A stretch of DNA of 64,000 nucleotides. Origin: an uncultured delta proteobacterium. Its GTDB lineage: Bacteria > Desulfobacterota > Desulfobacteria > Desulfobacterales > JAHEIW01. The notes beneath the pieces are model-generated. The model made no database searches, had not been told where the DNA came from, and was given only the letters and a program-made list of their open reading frames with translations. Position numbers and translations under genes: made by a program. This document shows, one piece after another, positions 39,089 to 47,760 of the stretch; positions within the stretch are counted from its first letter, which is position 1, and each line of letters begins with the position of its first letter. The stretch is taken from assembly GCA_963706575.1 (NCBI GenBank), contig CAVPNL010000001.1, forward strand, positions 448,001 through 512,000. Reading direction: 5' to 3'.

Positions 39089-39400
39089 TAGAAGTGGTTT
39101 CAAAATCTCAAATCAGGTTTCCCGCTTCAATGCGGGATTGCACGTCTTGATTTTAAAAAATTAATGTGTGCATCAAAGCCCCGCTAAGCGGGATTACATA
39201 TCTGATCTTTAAAAATTAATGTATGCATCAAGGCGCAGGCCGATCGAGAAAGTCGTTGTTCTCAGCATACATGATGGGCTAGTATGTGAGCATTTATCGG
39301 AGGACTGTGCTGCACCTTAATTTAAAAAATCAGATGCGAATCCCGCTTAGCGGGGCAACGCAGCCATTGGGCCTCAGATGGGGTTTTGAAACCACTTCTA
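39089..39400. mobile_element. MITE-like element copy 2, containing three internal ~45-50 bp hairpin modules
   Basis: Perfect TIRs TAGAAGTGGTTTCAAAA / TTTTGAAACCACTTCTA. CCCGC-loop-GCGGG modules at 39121, 39179 and (inverted) 39312. Confidence 0.82.
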
Positions 39401-39892
39401 GAGTTCACAGGCCATGAAGGTGACCTTAAATGGTAAGTGACTGAATTCTTTGGTTTCACCTTCGATAAAGCCGAATTTCCGGTACCATTGCTTTAAGTCC
39501 GTTTGCGCTGCGATTATACCGATGCTGATTTTTTTTGATCCGAGTTTGCGCGCGTTACGAAAAATATGTCCGACCAGCTGACTCCCAAGGCCTTTTTTTC
39601 TTTCATGCGGCAAAACAGCCAGACGCTCAAGATAGCAAAGATTGTCATCAGCCTTTTCGATCGCAACGCATCCTGCCGGTATGCTCGTGCGCTCCAGTAT
39701 GAAATAGCTGACACCCCTGCCAAAGTCATTTTCAATCCACTCCTCCGTACAGTTAGAAGGGTGCTTGGGACAGTTTGCCGGTGTGAGCTTGAATCTGGCG
39801 GCCACGTCGCGATAGGATTGCCGAATCAGGCGGGATAATAGAGATATGTCGTCAGAATTCGCTTCTCTGATATGGATAAGGCTGCCGGTCAT
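39398..39892 (-). CDS. GNAT acetyltransferase
   Basis: LERLAVLPHERKKGLGSQL, WYRKFGF. Confidence 0.88.
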   Translation of the reverse strand: MTGSLIHIREANSDDISLLSRLIRQSYRDVAARFKLTPANCPKHPSNCTEEWIENDFGRGVSYFILERTSIPAGCVAIEKADDNLCYLERLAVLPHERKKGLGSQLVGHIFRNARKLGSKKISIGIIAAQTDLKQWYRKFGFIEGETKEFSHLPFKVTFMACEL

Positions 39893-39972
39893 CTTTTACC
39901 TAAATTGAGCGTTTCGAATATTTAAAAGGAGTCCTTCTCTCAACCAGCGGCAAATAGATTGCGACACTTATA

Positions 39973-40464
39973 TTAGCGGACTTTAAAGGCATCTAATGTG
40001 TCGGTAATTTGATCCAGATGATCTTCCAAATGCCGAAGATAGTCGGTCATCAAGTCAAAAAGCGTAACTCTGGTTTTCGCATCAAGCTGCCAGACGTGGC
40101 TTAGGCAAGCTGAATCCACTGAGCGGATGATGTGAGCCAGCTGAATATTGAAATGGCGCCACAGGCCCAGTAATTCCTTCCATTGTCGATCCTGGTAATT
40201 CTGAATTCTGACCCAGTGTATGTTATCTTGCCCATAGTCGGGGAAAGTGAGATGCTCCACGAGCTGGAGACGCACAAACCGCTGATGGTTATTGGCAGCC
40301 GAATCAATCAGATGACCGATGATCTCCTTGGTAGACCAGGCATCTTCTGAAGGGCGGAATTTTAGCGTTTGTTCCGGTATATCGCGCCAGCGCTCAACAG
40401 CAGCATTTACGCCTCGTTCAATGCTGTCGGCAACTTGAACCAATTTATCCCTTTTCTCTTTCAT
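39973..40464 (-). CDS. DinB family protein
   Basis: WSTKEIIGHLIDS and HLEDHL. Confidence 0.85.
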   Translation of the reverse strand: MKEKRDKLVQVADSIERGVNAAVERWRDIPEQTLKFRPSEDAWSTKEIIGHLIDSAANNHQRFVRLQLVEHLTFPDYGQDNIHWVRIQNYQDRQWKELLGLWRHFNIQLAHIIRSVDSACLSHVWQLDAKTRVTLFDLMTDYLRHLEDHLDQITDTLDAFKVR

Positions 40465-40512
40465 CTATCCGATTTCATTTATATTTTTACCAGGTTGCTA
40501 TCAGACTTATTT

Positions 40513-40830
40513 TCAGGGTAATACGAACAATTTCACCCCGATCGCGGCGCCCAGCCAACAACCGGAGATGACAACAGCCAGAAAGGAGATTCTGGCCCAC
40601 GAATGTGGCATCCAGCGTCGTTGCAAAAGCAGGCCTACAGAGATCACATGAAACGGCACCGGAAGACCAAGGGAAAGTACAACCAAGGCTTTCGACACGG
40701 ATTCCTGCGATTCAGGGAAAAGCTGAGCGGCCAGAGAACCGCTTACGGCACCATAAATCATCCTGGCAAACAGATAAAGCCCTACTAAAATTGCGACGTT
40801 AGCAATTAATCTGATAACCATCCGGGACAT
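40513..40830 (-). CDS. Hypothetical membrane protein
   Basis: Hydrophobic ORF with about 3 TM segments; start uncertain. Confidence 0.55.
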   Translation of the reverse strand: MSRMVIRLIANVAILVGLYLFARMIYGAVSGSLAAQLFPESQESVSKALVVLSLGLPVPFHVISVGLLLQRRWMPHSWARISFLAVVISGCWLGAAIGVKLFVLP

Positions 40831-40911
40831 ACAAATTTCTTTTAGGCTTTTGCGCACGTCAAATCAACCATTTAAAATTAATAAAAATCGCCTACCGGCG
40901 CAAAACATCTC

Positions 40912-40941
40912 TTGACATTTGTACATTGTATACCGTATACA
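40912..40941 (+). promoter_or_regulatory. Promoter (-35 TTGACA) with operator TGTATACCGTATACA over the -10 region
   Basis: TTGACA-TTTGTACAT-TGTATACCGTATACA, upstream of the CoA-transferase/GntR operon. Confidence 0.8.
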
Positions 40942-41036
40942 AAAACCTGCCGAATCCACACCTTTTGTATCGCCGGCTCTGAAACAAATGGCCTCACAAT
41001 CTTTGATCCCCAACTCAAATGCCAATGGAGAGGACA

Positions 41037-42227
41037 ATGGATTTTTTCAATAACCTTACAGTGGTTTCTCTGGAGCAGGCGACGGTGCTGCCGTATTTAA
41101 CCTACCGCCTGGCTCAGGATGGAATGAATATCATTCGCCTGGAACATCCGATTTATGGTGATCCCAATCGATTCATCGGTGAAAATGTTCTCAATGAAGA
41201 ACGAATGAATTCATACTTCTTGTGCATCAATGCCGGTAAAAAAGCGCTGACACTGAATTTGGCAGAGGATGAGGGGCAGCAAATTTTTCATTCTTTGATT
41301 AAAGAACTCGAAGTGGATATTTTTGCGACCAATCAGCTTCCTAAAAATTATCAGAAGCTGGGAATTGATTACGACAGTTTAAAGTCTCTCAAACCGGATA
41401 TCATCTGGCTGGGAGTGACCGGGTTTGGCCCTGACAGCAATGAAGCCGCTTACGACCCGATATTGCAGGCCCGATCGGGTTTAATGGAATTGACCGGTGA
41501 AGCCGAAGGCGATCCCCAGGTTATGGGCATCCCCCTGCCGGATATGGGCACCAGTGAGCACGCATATGGAATGGTAATGAAAGCCCTTTACAAACGCCAG
41601 TTGACCGCTAAGGGCAGTTGCATCAATATGGCCATGTTTGAATCAACGGTATCATGGCTTACGGTACCCATCACCTTGACTGACAGTTTTGGAAAAAGTA
41701 TCAGCCGCAGGGGAAACACCCATGAATTCTTTGCACCGGTTTCGGTTTACCAGACTAAAAACGGATTTATCTATCTGGCGGTCGGCAACGACCGTCAGTG
41801 GAAAACAATGGTTTCCCAGGAAATTTTTAAGAGTCTTGATCAGCCGGACTATGAAAGAAATGAGGGCCGCATAAAGGATGTGAAGAATTTGAATCAGGCG
41901 ATTAATGCGATTACGCGCCACCACACAACTGAAGATCTGATTGAATTGTTCACCGCCATCACCGTTCCCATCAGTAAAATTAAACTAGTCGATGAAGTTA
42001 TTCAAGATCCGCTGGTCAAACGACGACTGCTGCATGCCCAGGATTCAGCCACCGGTACCCGCATAACTCTGGCTCCTCCGCCGAATATGACACCGTTTTT
42101 GGAACAATCCGACCGTCGGCTTTCGTTTCCCCCGCGATTCGGTGAACAAAACAGCGAAATATACGGCAAGAAATTGGGATATTCTGAGGATGATCTTAGC
42201 CGCTTGAAAGAAAAGGGCGTTATATGA
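41037..42227 (+). CDS. Family III (CaiB/BaiF) CoA-transferase
   Basis: GDPNR, NAGKK, YDPILQARSG, PLPDMG, PPRFGEQ. Confidence 0.9.
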   Translation: MDFFNNLTVVSLEQATVLPYLTYRLAQDGMNIIRLEHPIYGDPNRFIGENVLNEERMNSYFLCINAGKKALTLNLAEDEGQQIFHSLIKELEVDIFATNQLPKNYQKLGIDYDSLKSLKPDIIWLGVTGFGPDSNEAAYDPILQARSGLMELTGEAEGDPQVMGIPLPDMGTSEHAYGMVMKALYKRQLTAKGSCINMAMFESTVSWLTVPITLTDSFGKSISRRGNTHEFFAPVSVYQTKNGFIYLAVGNDRQWKTMVSQEIFKSLDQPDYERNEGRIKDVKNLNQAINAITRHHTTEDLIELFTAITVPISKIKLVDEVIQDPLVKRRLLHAQDSATGTRITLAPPPNMTPFLEQSDRRLSFPPRFGEQNSEIYGKKLGYSEDDLSRLKEKGVI

Positions 42228-42321
42228 ATAGCGCTTAAAGATTGCAGGATTCAAGGAATTTAGGAAACCGAGGGTTTATCTTTTTAAGGGTTATAATTCC
42301 CAGAAATTTTAAGGTAACATT

Positions 42322-43029
42322 ATGAGAAAAAGGGCAGAGTTAAATGACTTGGATCTTGGGCCGCTACAGGCGTTTCAGGAGCGAAAATCTTTAGGGGAGC
42401 ATGTTTTTGAAAGCCTGAAGCATTCGATTGTCAGGGGAAAAATTTCTTCGGGTGAATGGCTGGTTGAAAGCCATATTGCTGAAACTTTGGGAATCAGCCG
42501 AACCCCTGTAAGAGAGGCGATTCACAAACTTGAACGTGAAGGGCTCATTGAGCGCCAGCCCCGGGGGGGGTTCACGGTTCTCGGTCTTGAGCGCGATGAT
42601 ATCGAAGAGACCTTCGGTATTCGCAGCGTACTTGAAGGGTATGCCGCCCGGCTGGCCGCTGTCAAGCATGATGCGCAAGAACTGGAGCAATTGGAGAACA
42701 AAATTGATGAATTTCAAAATGCGCTGGATCAAAAAAAAATGAATTTGCTGCCGGGAATCAATACCGAATTTCATGATTTGCTCTACAGCCTGAGTAAAAG
42801 CCCTAAATTGATCAATATGATTAATGGCCTGCACGATCAGATTTACCGCTACCGGCAAATGATCCTTAAAGAAAAAAAATTTGCATCGACCAGCAACCTG
42901 GATCACAAAAAGATGTTGAAATATATTCGCAGGCAGGATGCTGAAGGTGCGGAGCGCCTGGTCCGGGATCACATCTTAAGAGGGAAGGAAATGGTATTAA
43001 AGGAATATGACCGGCAACGGCAGGATTAG
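42322..43029 (+). CDS. GntR-family regulator (FadR/FCD type)
   Basis: LGISRTPVREAI wHTH; NTEFH and DHKKM FCD motifs. Confidence 0.93.
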   Translation: MRKRAELNDLDLGPLQAFQERKSLGEHVFESLKHSIVRGKISSGEWLVESHIAETLGISRTPVREAIHKLEREGLIERQPRGGFTVLGLERDDIEETFGIRSVLEGYAARLAAVKHDAQELEQLENKIDEFQNALDQKKMNLLPGINTEFHDLLYSLSKSPKLINMINGLHDQIYRYRQMILKEKKFASTSNLDHKKMLKYIRRQDAEGAERLVRDHILRGKEMVLKEYDRQRQD

Positions 43030-43059
43030 CCACTTCTAGAATCATCAGGGGAATATAAT

Positions 43060-43455
43060 ATGACCACAAAGAAGATAAAAATACTGATCGGCAAGCCCGG
43101 TCTGGACGGGCATGATCGCGGGGCCAAGGTAACCGCTCTGGCGCTAAGAGATGCCGGCATGGAAGTGATTTACACCGGACTCCATCAGACTGTGGAACAG
43201 ATTGTCCGAACGGCCATACAGGAAGCGGTGGATGTGGTCGGCTTAAGCATTATGTCCGGCGCCCACATCCCCATTTGCCAGAAGCTTTTAGAAATGATGA
43301 AAAATGAAGGACTTCAGGAAATTCCGGTGGTCGTGGGAGGGGTTATTCCCAAGCAGGATATACCCAAACTAAATAAACAGGGTATTGCCGGTGTTTTTCC
43401 CGGAGGCACGACCTTTGATGAAATTGTGGCCGGTATTAATGAAGTGGTTACTTAA
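43060..43455 (+). CDS. Cobalamin-binding subunit of an acyl-CoA mutase
   Basis: KPGLDGHDRG, GLSIMSG, VGGVIP. Confidence 0.93.
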   Translation: MTTKKIKILIGKPGLDGHDRGAKVTALALRDAGMEVIYTGLHQTVEQIVRTAIQEAVDVVGLSIMSGAHIPICQKLLEMMKNEGLQEIPVVVGGVIPKQDIPKLNKQGIAGVFPGGTTFDEIVAGINEVVT

Positions 43456-43476
43456 TTGTAAAAGGCCTTAAAAAGC

Positions 43477-43634
43477 AAATGAGCTAAAATTAAAAATGAT
43501 CTAAAATGCCTAAAATTGAGGAGTTCTATCCATTTTAAAAAAGATGGAGCATCACGCGGCGCAAGCGCCTGCGCTGCGCGAGCGATGCCACAACTTTAGG
43601 CATTTTAGCTCATTTTAGCTCATTTTAGGCATTT
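43477..43634. repeat. 10-mer-period inverted-repeat element with a GC-rich hairpin insert
   Basis: gagctaaaat/gcctaaaat units ... cattttagct/cattttaggc units; same unit type as 27007-27136. Insert at 43549-43588. Confidence 0.8.
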
Positions 43635-43648
43635 ATTAAGGAGTCATT

Positions 43649-45283
43649 ATGGGAGTCGCAAAATACATTAAAGACGAAAAAGATGCGGTTAAGGAAGTCA
43701 TCTACCAGTCGGGCATCAAGATCAAAGCGGTTTACACTCCCCAAGATCTCGCAGAGGCCGGTTTTGAGTACGAAAACGATCTGGGGGACCCCGGAGAATA
43801 TCCTTTCACCCGCAGCCTGCATCCCCAGGGTTACCGTTCCCGGGCCTGGACTACACGGCAGTACACTGGCTTTGGCACGCCCCAGGAGACCAATGAACGC
43901 TTTAAGTTAATGATTTCTCACGGGCAGACCGGTTTGAATGTCGCTTTTGATTTGCCGACACAGATGGGATACGATTCGGATGATCCTATGGCTCTGGGTG
44001 AGGTCGGTCGGGTCGGGATGGCCATCGATTCGCTGCGTGACTTTGAAATCGCTTTTGACGGCATACCGCTGGATCGTATCGGGTCCGGACTGACCATCAA
44101 TGCGGTCGCCTCAATCATGCTGGCTATGTATCAGGCCACAGCGGAAAAATTCGGCTATCCCAAAGAAAAAATCAGTGCGACTCCGCAAAACGACATCCTC
44201 AAAGAAATGATTGGCCGCGGGGCCTGGATATTTCCGGTTGAACCCGCCGTGCGTTTGGTGGGAGACAGCATTGAATATGCGGTCAGAGAGCTGCCGCGCT
44301 GCAATCCGGTCAGTATCTGCGGATATCATATCCGCGAATCCGGGGCCAACCCTGCGCAGGAAATCGCCTGTGCTTTTGAAATCGCCAGGGCTTATATCGA
44401 AGATGTTAAGTCCAGAGGATTGGCGGTCGAAGATTTCGTGGGGCGGTTTTCATTTAACCTGAATGTCTTTGGCAATCTGTGGGAACAGATCGCTAAATTC
44501 CGGGCGGCCCGCAAGTTGTGGGCAAAGATGCTGAAGGAAGAATATGGTGTTCAGGAAAAGAAAAAGTTATTTCTCAGAGGACTTTTCGGCGGCGGCGGCA
44601 GCGGCCTGACCAAAGATCAGCCGGAAAACAATATTATGCGCGGGGCCTTTTATGCCCTGGGTGCTGCGCTCAGCGGCGCCCAAACCACCGCCCTGTGCTC
44701 CTTTGACGAAGCCTATACAATTCCAACCCCGAGAGCAGCGTTGTTATCTTTGCGGACCCTTGAAATCATTATGGACGAGGTCGGTCTACGCGATACGGTT
44801 GACCCGCTGGCGGGTTCGTATTTTATAGAGACCCTGACCAAACAGATGGAAGAAAAAATCCTGGATGAAATGCAACAGATTCAGAAAGTGGGCGGCATGG
44901 TTCACGCGGTCGCCAGCGGTTTTATCCAGCGAAAAGTCGCCCAGCAGGCATACGAATATGAAAGCGGGCTTCAAAAAGGCGAATACATTAAAGTCGGCGT
45001 CAACAAATACACGGAAGGCGCCGAAGCGCAAACCGATGTGGAACTTCACGAATACAATGAACAATGGGTCGAGAATCAAAAGGCCGGCCTCAAGGAGCTC
45101 CGCAGGACCCGCGATAACCGAGAAGTTACGCGGCTACTCAAAGAATTGGAAAAATGTGCGCGCGATGGCAGAAATGTGATGCCGCTACTGGTCGACTGTT
45201 GCCGGGCCTATGCAACCGTTGGAGAAATGGCCGGCGTATTTCGAGATGTTTTCGGTGAATGGGACGAACCCAGTATTTTTTGA
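43649..45283 (+). CDS. Acyl-CoA mutase large subunit (methylmalonyl-CoA mutase family, IaaH-like)
   Basis: PGEYPFTR, RQYTGFG, AFDLPTQMG, QNDILKE, GYHIRE, DPLAGSY. Confidence 0.9.
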   Translation: MGVAKYIKDEKDAVKEVIYQSGIKIKAVYTPQDLAEAGFEYENDLGDPGEYPFTRSLHPQGYRSRAWTTRQYTGFGTPQETNERFKLMISHGQTGLNVAFDLPTQMGYDSDDPMALGEVGRVGMAIDSLRDFEIAFDGIPLDRIGSGLTINAVASIMLAMYQATAEKFGYPKEKISATPQNDILKEMIGRGAWIFPVEPAVRLVGDSIEYAVRELPRCNPVSICGYHIRESGANPAQEIACAFEIARAYIEDVKSRGLAVEDFVGRFSFNLNVFGNLWEQIAKFRAARKLWAKMLKEEYGVQEKKKLFLRGLFGGGGSGLTKDQPENNIMRGAFYALGAALSGAQTTALCSFDEAYTIPTPRAALLSLRTLEIIMDEVGLRDTVDPLAGSYFIETLTKQMEEKILDEMQQIQKVGGMVHAVASGFIQRKVAQQAYEYESGLQKGEYIKVGVNKYTEGAEAQTDVELHEYNEQWVENQKAGLKELRRTRDNREVTRLLKELEKCARDGRNVMPLLVDCCRAYATVGEMAGVFRDVFGEWDEPSIF

Positions 45284-45467
45284 TTGCGGATTTCAGATTT
45301 CGGATTGCGGAATTTAAAAGAAACAAAAGAATTAATTTTTTAATTATCAATCTTAGACGATTAAGAAAATACAAAAGGACTGAGTAATGGAAGAACTGCG
45401 CGGAAGCGGGAATAATAAAACTGAGAAAGAAACAAATCCGCAATCCGCAATCCGCAATCCGAATTCG
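45282..45467. repeat. 7-mer-period inverted-repeat element containing the next gene's RBS and start
   Basis: gattgcggatttcagatttcggattgcgga ... aatccgcaatccgcaatccgcaatccga. Confidence 0.85.
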
Positions 45468-47549
45468 ACTTATCGACTGGGTTGTGACATCGGCGGTACC
45501 TTTACAGACTTTGTGCTGGTTGATGATGAAACCGGTGAGTTTCAGATTAACAAGTGTTTGACGACACCGGCTGACCCTTCAGATGCGGTGGAAGAGGGTA
45601 TCCGCGGTTTGCTGGAACGGGTTCCGGGGTTTATGCCTAAAATTGATGAAATTATCCATGGCACCACCCTGGTGATCAATGCCATTATTGAAAGAAAAGG
45701 CGCTAAGACAGCGTTGATCACCACCCGCGGATTTCGGGATGTCCTGGAGCTGGGGCGCGAGATGCGATATGACGCCTATGATATATTTGCCGAATATCCG
45801 GAGCCGCTCGTACCGCGATCGCTCCGCAAAGAAGTAACCGAACGGATTACTGCCGACGGCCGTGTCATTGTGAAGTTAAATTCCGAAGAGGTCAACCAGG
45901 TGCTTGCCGGGCTTTGTGATTCGGGGATCGAGTCTCTGGCCGTATGCTTGATTAATTCTTATGAGAATCCATCCCACGAAGTCCGGATTAAAGAAATTGT
46001 AAACAAAATCGCACCCGATCTATCTTTGTCTACCTCTTATGAAGTATTGCCCCAGATCCGTGAATACGAACGAACCTGCACCACCGCAACCAATGCCTAT
46101 GTCAAGCCGATTACAGCGAAATACCTGACCAAGCTATCCGCAAGATTAGAATCCCTTGGCTTTCAGGGAAAGCTTTTCATCATGCTTTCAAGCGGGGGGA
46201 TTACCTCTGTTGAAACCGCCCGCGAATATCCGGTAAGAATCATTGAATCGGGTCCGACAGCAGCAGTCATCGCTTCGCAGCATTATGGCAAAATGTTTCA
46301 GATTAAAGATATGTTTTGCTTTGATATGGGTGGCACGACCGCCAAATCCTGCCTGATTCAAAAAGGTCATGCCGGGCTGGTATCCACTTTTGAAGTTGGT
46401 CGCGTTCAGCGGTTCAAGAAAGGCAGCGGCCTTCCCATACAGGTTCCGGTGGTGGATTTGATGGAAATCGGAGCCGGAGGCGGCAGTATTGCCCATATGA
46501 GCAAAATGGGACTTTTGCAGGTCGGCCCGGAAAGCGCCGGCGCCGATCCGGGACCGGCCAGCTACAAGCGCGGTGGGAATAACCCTACCGTGACGGATGC
46601 GGATCTGGTGCTGGGATATCTGGATCCAAATTATTTTCTAGGTGGAACTATGCCGCTGGACAAATCGGCTGCAGAAAAAGCCATTGAAGAAAAAGTTGCC
46701 AAACCCTTAGGGACCCAGGTTACGGAAGCCGCCTTCGGTATTCACGATCTGATTAACGAGACCATGGCGGCGGCAGCCAAAACCCATATCGCCGAAAAAG
46801 GCGGTAATCCGAATATCGTCACCATCTCTGCATTTGGCGGCGCCGGACCGGTTCACGCTTACGGCCTGGCCAAAAAAATTGGTGCTCCGCGCGTTATGGT
46901 CCCGCCCCTTGCCGGAGTCGGATCTGCTCTTGGATTCTTTACGGCACCGGTGGCATTTGATCTGACGCGCAGTCATCGTGAAGCCCTGGATGATGCTGAT
47001 TTTAAACATATAGAGCAGTTATTTGAGGCACTCGAAAAAGAAGGCGCTGCGATTCTGCAAGAAGCGGAAAAGGATCAAAAAATAATATTTGAACGAACAC
47101 TGATGATGCGGTTCGTGGGGCAGGGCGCTGAAACGGACCTTAGCATTGACAACAAACCCTTTGATCAATGGAAAAAAGCGGAAATCAGAGCTCTTTTTGA
47201 TGCAGTTTATCAAAAGCTGTACGGTCGAACCTATCCTGAAACACCGGTCGAATTTGTTACGTTTAAAGTGCGCGCAAGCCTGCCGGAGCGGCCTTTTCGC
47301 ATTCCACAATTGAAAAATTCGGGAAAGTCAGTTGAAGAATGCTTGAAAGGTGAACGACAGGCGTATTCTCTAATAAAAAAAGCGTATATCCCTTATCAGG
47401 TGTTTGATCGTTTCAAACTCTTTGCGGGCGCTTCGTTGAGCGGGCCGGCGATCATCGAAGAAAAGGAGTCAACGATAATCGTTGGAGAAGATGCCAAAGC
47501 GTCTGTTGATGAGTACGGATTCGTCTGGATCACTTTGAATGCGGAATGA
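45387..47549 (+). CDS. Hydantoinase/oxoprolinase subunit A (ATP-dependent cyclic amide hydrolase)
   Basis: CDIGGTFTD, HGTT, ESGP, DMGGTT, IGAGGGS, GPESAGA, TVTDAD. Confidence 0.93.
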   Translation: MEELRGSGNNKTEKETNPQSAIRNPNSTYRLGCDIGGTFTDFVLVDDETGEFQINKCLTTPADPSDAVEEGIRGLLERVPGFMPKIDEIIHGTTLVINAIIERKGAKTALITTRGFRDVLELGREMRYDAYDIFAEYPEPLVPRSLRKEVTERITADGRVIVKLNSEEVNQVLAGLCDSGIESLAVCLINSYENPSHEVRIKEIVNKIAPDLSLSTSYEVLPQIREYERTCTTATNAYVKPITAKYLTKLSARLESLGFQGKLFIMLSSGGITSVETAREYPVRIIESGPTAAVIASQHYGKMFQIKDMFCFDMGGTTAKSCLIQKGHAGLVSTFEVGRVQRFKKGSGLPIQVPVVDLMEIGAGGGSIAHMSKMGLLQVGPESAGADPGPASYKRGGNNPTVTDADLVLGYLDPNYFLGGTMPLDKSAAEKAIEEKVAKPLGTQVTEAAFGIHDLINETMAAAAKTHIAEKGGNPNIVTISAFGGAGPVHAYGLAKKIGAPRVMVPPLAGVGSALGFFTAPVAFDLTRSHREALDDADFKHIEQLFEALEKEGAAILQEAEKDQKIIFERTLMMRFVGQGAETDLSIDNKPFDQWKKAEIRALFDAVYQKLYGRTYPETPVEFVTFKVRASLPERPFRIPQLKNSGKSVEECLKGERQAYSLIKKAYIPYQVFDRFKLFAGASLSGPAIIEEKESTIIVGEDAKASVDEYGFVWITLNAE

Positions 47550-47760
47550 TTCGATTGCAGATTGCAGATTTCGGATTGCGGAATGATTCAATTTCGGATT
47601 TCGGAATTCAAAATAACTGCTAAAAATCATATTCCCAGTTAATATTTACACATATCAAAAAATTCTAAAGGACCAAGAAATGAAAGATAAACGCGGAAGC
47701 CGGGAAAATATATCAAAAAAAGAAACAGATCCGCAATCCGCAATCCGAAATCCAAAATCT
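47538..47760. repeat. 7-mer-period inverted-repeat element containing the next gene's RBS and start
   Basis: gattgcagattgcagatttcggattgcgga ... gatccgcaatccgcaatccgaaatccaaaatc. Confidence 0.85.

Noticed and set aside
43030..43040. Third MITE end (CCACTTCTA) after the GntR stop
   Set aside because: It is only a 9-bp match with no partner end, which could be chance.
43649..45283. Housekeeping methylmalonyl-CoA or isobutyryl-CoA mutase
   Set aside because: The HxQ segment is replaced by glycines, Tyr rather than Phe is present, and the context is a specialised catabolic operon.
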